Assembly (NCBI GenBank): GCA_049517335.1 | Contig: JBEKSD010000013.1 | Location: forward strand, 1 to 52,569 | Length of the DNA stretch: 52,569 nt | Reading direction: 5' to 3' | Origin: Candidatus Omnitrophota bacterium | GTDB lineage: Bacteria; Omnitrophota; Gorgyraeia; Gygaellales; Profunditerraquicolaceae | Shown here: positions 1-8,857 of the stretch, in pieces | Layout: every line of letters begins with the position of its first letter | Numbering within the stretch: position 1 is the stretch's first letter | Position numbers and translations under genes: made by a program | Notes under the pieces: generated by a model | Told to the model about the DNA's origin: nothing | The model's database searches: none | Seen by the model: only the letters and a program-made list of their open reading frames with translations

Positions 1-249
1 AAATTTCTAAAACTTCATTATGGCGTTTAATACGTAGCTATTTATCTAAGAAATAGTAAATAGATGTACGTAGTAACCCGGGACACTAATGTCAATACGA
101 AAAAGCCTTAATCAAGGCATCAGGTAGCCATTTTATCCAAAGTGCACTAGATAAAAATGTGCAAGTTTACTGTGGACTATTTCGTCAAGGAAATCCTGGA
201 TCTTTTTGAGCAGGAATTTAAAAAAATTAACGAGGGAAGTTAAGCATCC

Positions 250-1035
250 ATGAATATCCTTAGAAGCAGGCTCTATATACGTGATTTCATTCCGCCCATC
301 TTTAAGAAAGTAAAGAATAAATTACGCTATTACTTTGGTGATGACAAGAGAATTCCCCCCTTCACTAATTGCCCTCAGAATATTGACGTAAGGTGGGTTA
401 TCGATATTGGGGCTAATGAGGGGTGGGTTGCAAAAGCAGCTTTAGATAGTTATCCTAAAAGTAGCGTAATTTGTTTTGAGCCAGTAAAAAGAACCTTTGA
501 AAAGTTACAAGGTAATCTTAGTGCATATGGTAGTAGGGTTTACTATTACAATATGGCACTATCTGATCGCAATGGTAAAAATGGATTTGAGACGATCAAT
601 ATAACCTCTTTTAATGGCGCCAACTCTTTGGAACACCAATCTGATTTTCATAAAAAATTAAACCCTGCTGTCTATGAGATCAAAACAGAGACTGTTCAAA
701 CAGCTAGGCTTGACGAAATTGCACAATTACTCCCTGCAAAGAAGGTAGAAATTGTAAAAATTGATGTTGAAGGACATGAGCTAAATGTTCTAAAAGGCGG
801 CGCAAACTTCCTCAGCAACTGTGCAGAAACCATCATCATCGAAATTTCATTAATGCGCGATTCCTCCCTTGAACATCAAGCTCTGTTCGATATATTTTCA
901 TTATTGAATGCTTTAGGATTTCGGCTTGTGAATATATTTGACTTATATCATGCGAAAGATACTTCACTCATGCTTACTCAAATGGATTGTGTTTTTAGAA
1001 ACATTGCATTTTTGACTAAATATGTGCGAGATTAA
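250..1035 (+). CDS. FkbM-family SAM-dependent methyltransferase
   Basis: VIDIGANEG motif I, FEP motif, VKIDVEGHELNVLKG motif typical of FkbM family. Confidence 0.9.
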   Translation: MNILRSRLYIRDFIPPIFKKVKNKLRYYFGDDKRIPPFTNCPQNIDVRWVIDIGANEGWVAKAALDSYPKSSVICFEPVKRTFEKLQGNLSAYGSRVYYYNMALSDRNGKNGFETINITSFNGANSLEHQSDFHKKLNPAVYEIKTETVQTARLDEIAQLLPAKKVEIVKIDVEGHELNVLKGGANFLSNCAETIIIEISLMRDSSLEHQALFDIFSLLNALGFRLVNIFDLYHAKDTSLMLTQMDCVFRNIAFLTKYVRD

Positions 1036-1071
1036 AACAATCATGCAGCCTATTTGGATTAGGTTGTTAGT

Positions 1072-2598
1072 ATGAATCGCCTGCAACGTTCATCGGTTAA
1101 TATGTTATCTAGCGTTGCGGGTTATTCCGTGCCGATGTTGGTTAGTTTTATCACCACGCCTTTGTTACTGCGCGCGCTTGGAGAAGCCGCTTTCGGTTTG
1201 CAAAGCCTGGTCGCTGTCATTGTCGGTTACCTGATGTTTATGGATATGGGCCTTGATCTACCCATCATTAAATTCCTTGCCGAGGATCGCGCTCGCCAGG
1301 ACGCAAAGTCTGAAAATCGTCTGTTGAGCACCACTTTGCAGTTGTATGCCGGCATTGGACTGGCCGGTATGGTTGTCATTATGCTCTTGGCGGACTGGTT
1401 TGCGCGGTCAGTGTTCAAAGTGCCTGATGATCTGGTCGGTCAGGCTGTGATAGTATTTCGTCTGGCGGGTATCGGGTTTTTGGGCAGCGTGGGGATGTCC
1501 TGGGGGCGCGCGGCTGCGATGGGGGTGCAACGGTTTGATTTAAGTTATTCAGTTTCAGTTGTGCTCAGCACAGCCGGCACGCTAATTGGTTTGGGAGTTG
1601 TGTATGCGGGCTATGGTGTGGTCGGTTATGTTTTAATTCGCGTCATCTTTACCGCACTGGCTGGCCCAATCTATTTTATCCTTACCCGTCATCTTCTGCC
1701 GAGTTTTCGTTTTGTCCTTGGGGTGGATTGTGCGACGCTTCGGCGGGTGCGTGGTTATGTCGGCTATGGAACATTCAATCGAATTACAAGCAGTCTTGTA
1801 AGCCGCCTTGATCAAACACTGCTTGGCGTTTGGGTGGGTGTGGCAGCGGCAGGTATCTACTCCGTACCCTTTATGCTTATGACTTCGTTGGGCTATATAC
1901 TTGCCTATATGCTTGGTTTTATCTTTCCAATGGCGAGTGAGTTACAAAGTTTAGGACAAATAGACAGGTTGCGTGATATTTTCATTCGTTCGTCGCAATT
2001 TATTGTGGCACTGGCAGGATTAGTTTTCATACCCCTGTTTGTTCTCGGAGATCTATTTTTAACACTCTGGACGCCGACAATCTCGGCAAAAGCAGCAGGA
2101 GTTTTGCAATTGTTGGCGTTGGCAGGCTATATTGGGACTCTGACAACAACCTTACCCAATAATATGATGGTGGGGCTTGGTAAAATGCGGCAATTTACGA
2201 TTTACGCAACAATCCGTGCGGTGGCCTTAGCGGCATTCTGCTTCATCTTTATTCGTCCACTGGGAATTGAAGGTGCTGGCTGGGCGCTTTTGTTCACGTG
2301 CAGTGTAGATGTGATCTATTTTGTTATCTTTTTACGTCGCTATATTCAAATCTCACCGTCCTTGCTTCTGCAGAAAGCCTATCTTAAACCTGTCTTGCTT
2401 GGAGTGGCCTTTGCAGCCCTGACTTTCCTTTGTCGCCCATTTGCTATATCTTGGATCGGCTTTGGCGCAGTTGGTATAGGATTGTTAGTGATTTACATTA
2501 AAGTGGGTTTCATCGTTGGAGTATTTGGTGAATCAGAAAAAAGAGCGACGATGATTTTGTATAACTTAGTAATGAATAAGATAACATCTCAAGCATGA
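1072..2598 (+). CDS. wzx: Wzx-type oligosaccharide flippase
   Basis: 508 aa polytopic membrane protein; ITTPLLLRALGEAAFG start, RLDQTLLG and AAGIYS motifs of the MOP/Wzx family. Confidence 0.85.
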   Translation: MNRLQRSSVNMLSSVAGYSVPMLVSFITTPLLLRALGEAAFGLQSLVAVIVGYLMFMDMGLDLPIIKFLAEDRARQDAKSENRLLSTTLQLYAGIGLAGMVVIMLLADWFARSVFKVPDDLVGQAVIVFRLAGIGFLGSVGMSWGRAAAMGVQRFDLSYSVSVVLSTAGTLIGLGVVYAGYGVVGYVLIRVIFTALAGPIYFILTRHLLPSFRFVLGVDCATLRRVRGYVGYGTFNRITSSLVSRLDQTLLGVWVGVAAAGIYSVPFMLMTSLGYILAYMLGFIFPMASELQSLGQIDRLRDIFIRSSQFIVALAGLVFIPLFVLGDLFLTLWTPTISAKAAGVLQLLALAGYIGTLTTTLPNNMMVGLGKMRQFTIYATIRAVALAAFCFIFIRPLGIEGAGWALLFTCSVDVIYFVIFLRRYIQISPSLLLQKAYLKPVLLGVAFAALTFLCRPFAISWIGFGAVGIGLLVIYIKVGFIVGVFGESEKRATMILYNLVMNKITSQA

Positions 2599-2689
2599 GA
2601 CACTGCCCTGTGGCAAATTATTAGTGGTTCTGCAAATGTATATCTGATGTACCGTGAGGTTGTATTTGGTGTATTTTAACAATCAAAAA

Positions 2690-2947
2690 ATGTCGCTAGT
2701 CAGCATATGCATTCCGGCATATAATACGGAAAGTATGGTAGCTGAAACATTGTCAATTGCTCGAGAATATGTAAATCACGGTGTCCGTTGTGTTTATCAT
2801 TCAGAGGGTAGTCAAGGTTGGGTAGCAAGGATGCCCAAATACATCGGCGGATTTGCCAATTGGAATTATATTCTTTCACAGGGACATGGAGACTATTTGC
2901 GTTTGTTCCGCTCCGATGATCTTTATGAACCATCAATTGCTTGGTAA
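2690..2947 (+). pseudogene. Truncated GT2 glycosyltransferase fragment
   Basis: ATG 2690 gives MSLVSICIPAYN... then GGFANWN...LFRSDDLYEP; the segment carrying the usual VVDD motif is missing and the frame stops after ~85 aa. Confidence 0.7.
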
Positions 2948-3031
2948 TGCAGGAAAACCGGGCTTAGGGCTTAAGGGATGAAGAATATCTTCGACTGAAA
3001 ATCCTTACCTATATGCTCACGGAGATATAAA

Positions 3032-4312
3032 TTGACCAACGCTAAGACACGGAGACCAATTTTATGGTGGTTACTATTTTTGTCCTATATTGCAGCTGCA
3101 CCTATAGCACCAAAAAATGAATTCGATACACCCTCAGGACTTTATCTTATATTTAATTACCTATCCTACGTTTTCTTTTTCTTAATATTATTGGATATTC
3201 TCATTAAGTTTAAATATCTAAAGAAAAAATGGGATAACTACTCAGGAAGATTAAATATTCTTTTATGGCTGCTTTTTATCGTAATATTCTGTTTTGTAAC
3301 AGGGTTTGTAATGAATGATGAACTAGATTGTCGAAGAATATTCATTGACTTTCTACCATTTCTTGGGTGCGCCATAGCGTTATTAGGTGTAGAAAAGAAA
3401 GATGTTTTTCAGAGTTACCTTGATACTTTCGCCGACCAGGTTTTTATTGCCGCAATTCTTGGGATATATTTGTTAAATACGCATCCGGTTATTAATCGAA
3501 TTGGCTTTTTTACCTCGTATTTCCTGGATTCAAGTCTCCTTTTACCAGTCGTACTTCTATTGCCAAGCCTTGTATATCTGAATTCTATTAGGAAAATATT
3601 TGTTATTTTCGCCTATGTTGTGTTATGTATCTTGAATATATGCTATCAATCAAAGACGGATACTTTTTTACTTTTTGTTTTTGTTCCCTTTTTCACCCTA
3701 CTTGCGTTTTATAAAAAGAAAGGTGTTCTTTTTTGCCAAAAAAGGTTGAAAGGTTTAGTGATAGGATTTCTTATTGTAGTAATTACTTTTCCTATTATTT
3801 ATAGTTATTTAAATAGAGATTCGCAATTAGAAATAGCATTTAAACAAACCCTACATAGGTTTTCTGGTTATCCTGAAAAGGGTATACAATATTCTAATGT
3901 TATTGGGACAGTAAAGACTGAAATAGATTTTATACGAGGTAGAGAAGCGACAGAGTTTATAGATAATAGCACGTTATCTGATTGGATTTTTGGGAGAGGT
4001 TTTGGGGGGACATGGGACTCAAATATGTATGGAACTAATTGGCATATGGTTCATTTTGGTCCGTTACATTTAATATTGAAGGGTGGTCTTTTGTTATTAG
4101 TATCTTTTTTATTTGTTTATTTTTTTGCAATGTTTTTGGCGTGGAAAAATTTCAAACGATATAATTACGCAAGTGGATGTTTTATTTATTTATGTGTTCG
4201 ATTTGCTCAATTTCTTTCGCATGGTCCACTCTTTCATATGTATGATACCTATATCATGTGGCTGATTATAGGAGTTTGTTTTTCCATGGAAAATAAATAT
4301 AGTTTGAAGTGA
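3032..4312 (+). CDS. Putative O-antigen polymerase (Wzy-like) membrane protein
   Basis: 426 aa, many TM segments, WIFGRGFG...H..LKGGLL C-terminal loop motif, very low GC, lies after wzx. Confidence 0.7.
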   Translation: MTNAKTRRPILWWLLFLSYIAAAPIAPKNEFDTPSGLYLIFNYLSYVFFFLILLDILIKFKYLKKKWDNYSGRLNILLWLLFIVIFCFVTGFVMNDELDCRRIFIDFLPFLGCAIALLGVEKKDVFQSYLDTFADQVFIAAILGIYLLNTHPVINRIGFFTSYFLDSSLLLPVVLLLPSLVYLNSIRKIFVIFAYVVLCILNICYQSKTDTFLLFVFVPFFTLLAFYKKKGVLFCQKRLKGLVIGFLIVVITFPIIYSYLNRDSQLEIAFKQTLHRFSGYPEKGIQYSNVIGTVKTEIDFIRGREATEFIDNSTLSDWIFGRGFGGTWDSNMYGTNWHMVHFGPLHLILKGGLLLLVSFLFVYFFAMFLAWKNFKRYNYASGCFIYLCVRFAQFLSHGPLFHMYDTYIMWLIIGVCFSMENKYSLK

Positions 4313-4530
4313 TATAGGTATAGCGGAAACCTCGAAGAGCGAGAAGACCAAAATCATATAATGATGAGTAATGAGGTCATGTAAGAGTCTCTACAACAGA
4401 CTTTTAGAATCATCTTTGATTAGTGATGAATTACCTATCTAAACTACAAGATATAATTTTAGGTTCTTAAATGGGCCCGTTTTTTTGACATCAACAGGAC
4501 ACTATATTTTTTCAAAAAAAAGGGAGGCGC

Positions 4531-5415
4531 ATGACGCCGTTAGATAACGCAATCGGTGGCATATCCTTGATTGTTGCTACGTTAGGTGAACATGACATAC
4601 GTCCGCTCCTAGATTCTCTGGAAAAACAGTCATGTGATAAATATGAGTGCATAGTGATTGATCAAAGTGATGACAAAAAGGCCGCATCTGTTGTCTCTAG
4701 TTATAAGAACTTAAAATATTTGCATTCAAGGCGTAAGGGCAATTCCTTTAATAGGAACATTGGGATTAAGCATGCGCAAATGCCAATATTAGGATTCCCA
4801 GATGATGATTGTTTTTACAATACTGATGTAATTGAGAAAGTCTTGGAAGTATTAAATCTTCATCCGGATATCGCAGGTATTTCTGGTAGTTGGATGGATA
4901 GTTTAACCGGCAACTTGGTTATGGGCGGCAACAAGAACAAATATGCTAATAATTTCAATTCGTGGACTTCGATTACCAACCTGACAATTTTCTTGCGTGC
5001 GGATGTGGTTAAGAACGTTAACGGTTACGATGAAAATTTCGGACTTGGAAGTGGTATTTTTGAAGGAGGTGAAGAAACAGATTTTATATTGAAAATAATT
5101 GAAAAAAAAGGTGCAATCTTATATTATCCCGATATTAAAATTTGGCATCGCCAAGATAACTATATATTAAGTAATCTTAAGAAACAGTTGGGTTATGAGG
5201 AATCTTGGGGTGCGCTGTTCAAGAAATGGTCTTTTTCGGATAAAAAGCGAATAATTGTTTTTTTAGTGTTTTTATATTTATTATTAAGATCTTTCATGAG
5301 AGCATTGTTCTGGGCGCTCCGTGGAAACTTCAAAATTGCGCAGTTTTACTTAATGAAAAATAAAGCACGTTTACAAGGATGGATTAAATATGGTTCTTTC
5401 AAAAAAGTTTGCTGA
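4531..5415 (+). CDS. GT2 glycosyltransferase
   Basis: IVIDQS, RNIGI, FPDDD, GGEETD motifs; RBS GGAGG upstream. Confidence 0.9.
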   Translation: MTPLDNAIGGISLIVATLGEHDIRPLLDSLEKQSCDKYECIVIDQSDDKKAASVVSSYKNLKYLHSRRKGNSFNRNIGIKHAQMPILGFPDDDCFYNTDVIEKVLEVLNLHPDIAGISGSWMDSLTGNLVMGGNKNKYANNFNSWTSITNLTIFLRADVVKNVNGYDENFGLGSGIFEGGEETDFILKIIEKKGAILYYPDIKIWHRQDNYILSNLKKQLGYEESWGALFKKWSFSDKKRIIVFLVFLYLLLRSFMRALFWALRGNFKIAQFYLMKNKARLQGWIKYGSFKKVC

Positions 5416-5511
5416 GAAATATATGAGTGGCAACTTAAAATTCTATAAAGTTGTGTTGCGCAACTTCAAATGATAAAATAATATCGCTGTGCAAAAATCT
5501 AAGGAGAGAAA

Positions 5512-6753
5512 GTGTATCAGGAAATTAAACAATGCAGAATTTGTGGGAATAAAGAGCTTGTGCCGGTATTGAATTTAGGCACTCAAGTTTTAACCGGGGT
5601 TTTCCCTAGAAATAAGAATCAACAAATAAGCTCTGGCCCTTTGGAACTTGTCCGATGTGTAGGAGATAAAAATAGAACATGTGGCCTAGTCCAATTGAAG
5701 CACTCTTTTGATTTGGCAGAAATGTATAGTGATAATTATGGCTATAGGTCAGGTTTAAATAATTCCATGGTGAAGCATTTGGATGGAATAGCAAATAATA
5801 TATTAAATATTGCAAGTTTAAAAAAAGGCGATTTGATAATTGATATCGGGAGTAACGATAGCACTTTACTGCAGGCATACGGCGATAAAGGTTATAATTT
5901 AGTTGGAATTGATCCAACTGGTAATAAATTCAAAAAATATTATCCGCCGCATATAAATTTAGTCCCTGATTTTTTTTCCAATGACATAGTAGTTAGATAT
6001 TTCGGCAATCAAAAAGCTAAGATTGTAACGTCTATTGCAATGTTCTATGATTTAGATTCTCCCGTAGATTTTGCTCGACAAGTTTCCGATATTTTGTCAG
6101 ACGATGGTATATGGGTCTTAGAACAAAGCTACTTGCCTGCCATGATAGAAAAAAATGCATATGACACCGTTTGTCATGAGCATCTGGAATACTATTCTTT
6201 AAGACAGATAAAATGGATCTGCGATAAAGTCAGCTTAAAAATCATCGACGCAGAAGAGAATAATGTAAATGGCGGGAGTTTTTTGATAATACTAGCCAAA
6301 TCTAATTCATCTTATACTCCGAAGGAAAGAAATATATTGAAAGTCATGAACCGGGAAAAGCATTTAGAGGATGAAAAGATATATCAAGATTTTGAATATA
6401 ACGTATTTGATCATAGAGAAAAGTTAATTGAATTTATCCACAAAAGGAACAAAAAGAAACAACTTATTTTAGGTTATGGTGCATCTACAAAAGGGAATGT
6501 AATTCTGCAATTTTGTAATTTCACTGTTGAGAATATCCCATATATTGCTGAAATAAATGAGGACAAGTTCGGGTCTTTTACACCGGGAACTTGTATCCCA
6601 ATTGTTTCTGAAAAAGAAGCAAAAGCAATGAACCCAGCTTTTTTACTGGTTCTTCCCTGGCATTTTCGAGACAGTATTATTTATAGAGAAAAAGGATATT
6701 TAAACTCCGGCGGAAAACTTCTTTTCCCTTTACCTTTAATAGAAGTCATTTAA
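5512..6753 (+). CDS. NDP-hexose 3-C-methyltransferase family (Zn-binding N-terminus)
   Basis: CRICG...C Zn site, DIGSNDSTLL, CHEHLEYY, YGASTKGN, FTPGT, LPWHF; GTG start after AAGGAG. Confidence 0.88.
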   Translation: MYQEIKQCRICGNKELVPVLNLGTQVLTGVFPRNKNQQISSGPLELVRCVGDKNRTCGLVQLKHSFDLAEMYSDNYGYRSGLNNSMVKHLDGIANNILNIASLKKGDLIIDIGSNDSTLLQAYGDKGYNLVGIDPTGNKFKKYYPPHINLVPDFFSNDIVVRYFGNQKAKIVTSIAMFYDLDSPVDFARQVSDILSDDGIWVLEQSYLPAMIEKNAYDTVCHEHLEYYSLRQIKWICDKVSLKIIDAEENNVNGGSFLIILAKSNSSYTPKERNILKVMNREKHLEDEKIYQDFEYNVFDHREKLIEFIHKRNKKKQLILGYGASTKGNVILQFCNFTVENIPYIAEINEDKFGSFTPGTCIPIVSEKEAKAMNPAFLLVLPWHFRDSIIYREKGYLNSGGKLLFPLPLIEVI

Positions 6754-6759
6754 CACATT

Positions 6760-7722
6760 ATGAAAAGAGCCATTATAGTTGGGTGCCAAGGACAAGATGG
6801 AAGATTGCTATATGATTATTTGATAAAAAAACAATATCAGGTAATTGGTATTGACATAAATTACTTGAAGGCTTCTTTTGGATATCAAAAAGAACCAATA
6901 GACGTTACAAATAGAAATGATGTAAGTAAAATTATCCGTTCTTTAAAACCAAATCAGGTCTATTATTTGGCGGCTGTTCATCATTCGGCTGAGGATAAAA
7001 TCCAACAAAATAATGTGGATTTGTTCCAAAAGAGTTTCGAAATAAATACCTTTTCATTAATTTATTTTCTTGAAGCAATCTTAAAATATTCTCTTAAAAC
7101 ACGACTATTCTATGCAGCATCTTCTCATATATTCGGAGAGGCCAATTCCGTTATCGATAATGAAGAGTCGAATATTGATCCCTCATCCGTTTATGGAATA
7201 ACGAAAGCTGCTGGTTTATTCGCCTGTCGGTATTATAGAAAAGAATATTCAATATTCGCCTCATGCGGTATTCTCTATAATCACGAGTCTTCCTTCAGAA
7301 GCGACAATTTTATCTCGAAAAAGATTATTAAGGCCGCAATAAACATTAAGAATAAGAAGCAAGAGAAATTAGTGTTGGGGGATTTAAATGCTGAAGTTGA
7401 CTGGGGATTTGCTCCAGATTATATAGCCGCAATGTATAAAATATTAAAATTAAAATATTCAGATGATTTTATCATAGCAACGGGAAAAAAACATAAGGTT
7501 TCTGAATTTGTAGAGAGTGCATTCAAATACCTTGGCTTAGAATGGAAACATTATGTTGAAGAAAATGGAAATATATTGACAAAAAAACCCATTTGTCGAG
7601 TTGGAGATTATAGAAAATTGATGTCAATCTCCGGATGGAAGCCAGCCACAGACTTTAAGCATATGATTAAAATACTTTTAGATGAACAAGGTGCGTTTGA
7701 AAAAAAAATAGCTACAAATTAA
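6760..7722 (+). CDS. GDP-mannose 4,6-dehydratase-like SDR (divergent active site)
   Basis: GCQGQDG Rossmann motif, YGITK, ILYNHES, DWGFAPDY; ASSH where Gmd has STSE. Confidence 0.8.
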   Translation: MKRAIIVGCQGQDGRLLYDYLIKKQYQVIGIDINYLKASFGYQKEPIDVTNRNDVSKIIRSLKPNQVYYLAAVHHSAEDKIQQNNVDLFQKSFEINTFSLIYFLEAILKYSLKTRLFYAASSHIFGEANSVIDNEESNIDPSSVYGITKAAGLFACRYYRKEYSIFASCGILYNHESSFRSDNFISKKIIKAAINIKNKKQEKLVLGDLNAEVDWGFAPDYIAAMYKILKLKYSDDFIIATGKKHKVSEFVESAFKYLGLEWKHYVEENGNILTKKPICRVGDYRKLMSISGWKPATDFKHMIKILLDEQGAFEKKIATN

Positions 7723-7743
7723 GCTTGTTCAATAGATTAAATC

Positions 7744-7844
7744 TTTAACGGAGTAGAGTTTACCGGTGTATTCTCCACGCCGTAAGCTTACTAAAGTCTT
7801 CGCTTGAAGGCGAGGGTTTTACTCATAGGCCCCCAGGACAATAA
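7744..7844 (-). mobile_element. Orphan IS200/IS605-type element end (hairpin remnant, no transposase)
   Basis: Hairpin aaagtcttcgct-tgaa-ggcgagggtttt (7793-7820), a second imperfect inverted repeat at 7746-7785, and a minus-strand start ttattgtc; resembles IS605-family ends from memory. Confidence 0.5.
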
Positions 7845-7846
7845 TT

Positions 7847-8857
7847 ATGGAAAAATATTTACTGACAATATGCATTCCAACTTACAATAGGTTCTTTTTC
7901 CTGAAGGGATTAATCGAAAACATTTTTTCGGAAATAGATAAATATGGGAATGATGAGGATATACAGATATTAGTTGTAGATGGTAAGTCAGAAGATAATA
8001 CCTTCGAAATCATTGAGGAACTGCGGGCTAAGAGGAGGCTGAAGTATTTTAGACGAGATAAAAAGGAAGGGATTGATAGGGATATTTTAAAATGTGTCGA
8101 ATTAGCTGACGGAAAGTATTGTTGGTTGTTCAGTGATGATGATAGACTGACAACGGGAGCGATCAGTCACTTAGTAGATACATTGAAGAAAGAGGAGAAT
8201 TTGACAGGTTGTTTTTGTAACAGAATTCCCTATGACTTTCGGCTGGAAAAGAAAGTGGCAGAGGTAAAGGGATGGCCCGGTAAAATAATGAAAAAAAACC
8301 GCGTATTTACAGATAAGTCCGAGTGCTTCCAATTTATCGGCATGGACTTCGGATTTATATCATCGCAGGTTGTCAAGAGATCCGAATGGCAAAAAGTCGT
8401 AGAGGACGGAGATTTTGGAGATTTATATAATTCTTACTATTTAATGGTACATATAATTGGCAGAATAATGGACAACAAGTTTAAGTGGTTATATATAGAT
8501 AGACCATTAGTAAAACAAAGGACTGGAAACGACTCTTTGTTGAATGTAAAAGGGATAATAGAGCGTCAAAAAATTGAGCATAATAGTTTTGAAAAAATAT
8601 TGGGTCGGCATTATGACACTAAAAGTGAAGAATATCTAATATTCTTTAAGAAAATGGCAGATAGATTACCTCGTGCGTTAGCAAATTTGAAATCCCAGGA
8701 TATAAGTTATAAAATCCAATTTAGCCTGTTTAGGCTATATTATAGTAAATATAATAACTATAATTCGTTTTGGTTTAAAATAGTACCGATCTTTCTTGTA
8801 CCTAATAAAATATTTATTCTTGTTAGAAAAATATACTTCAGATATTGGATAAAATAA
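7847..8857 (+). CDS. GT2 glycosyltransferase, abequosyltransferase RfbV-like
   Basis: LTICIPTYNR, VVDGKSED, WLFSDDD, FISS motifs; length and pattern match dideoxyhexose transferases. Confidence 0.8.
   Translation: MEKYLLTICIPTYNRFFFLKGLIENIFSEIDKYGNDEDIQILVVDGKSEDNTFEIIEELRAKRRLKYFRRDKKEGIDRDILKCVELADGKYCWLFSDDDRLTTGAISHLVDTLKKEENLTGCFCNRIPYDFRLEKKVAEVKGWPGKIMKKNRVFTDKSECFQFIGMDFGFISSQVVKRSEWQKVVEDGDFGDLYNSYYLMVHIIGRIMDNKFKWLYIDRPLVKQRTGNDSLLNVKGIIERQKIEHNSFEKILGRHYDTKSEEYLIFFKKMADRLPRALANLKSQDISYKIQFSLFRLYYSKYNNYNSFWFKIVPIFLVPNKIFILVRKIYFRYWIK

Noticed and set aside
31-72. Imperfect inverted repeat tacgtag-ctattta...taaatag-tacgta
   Set aside because: AT-rich, single copy and at the window edge; no function can be supported
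166-243. Possible C-terminal remnant of a glycosyltransferase (FTVDYFVKEILDLFEQEFKK)
   Set aside because: Too short for a family assignment by eye
4485-4510. TTGACA promoter upstream of the GT2 at 4531
   Set aside because: No acceptable -10 at 16-18 bp spacing
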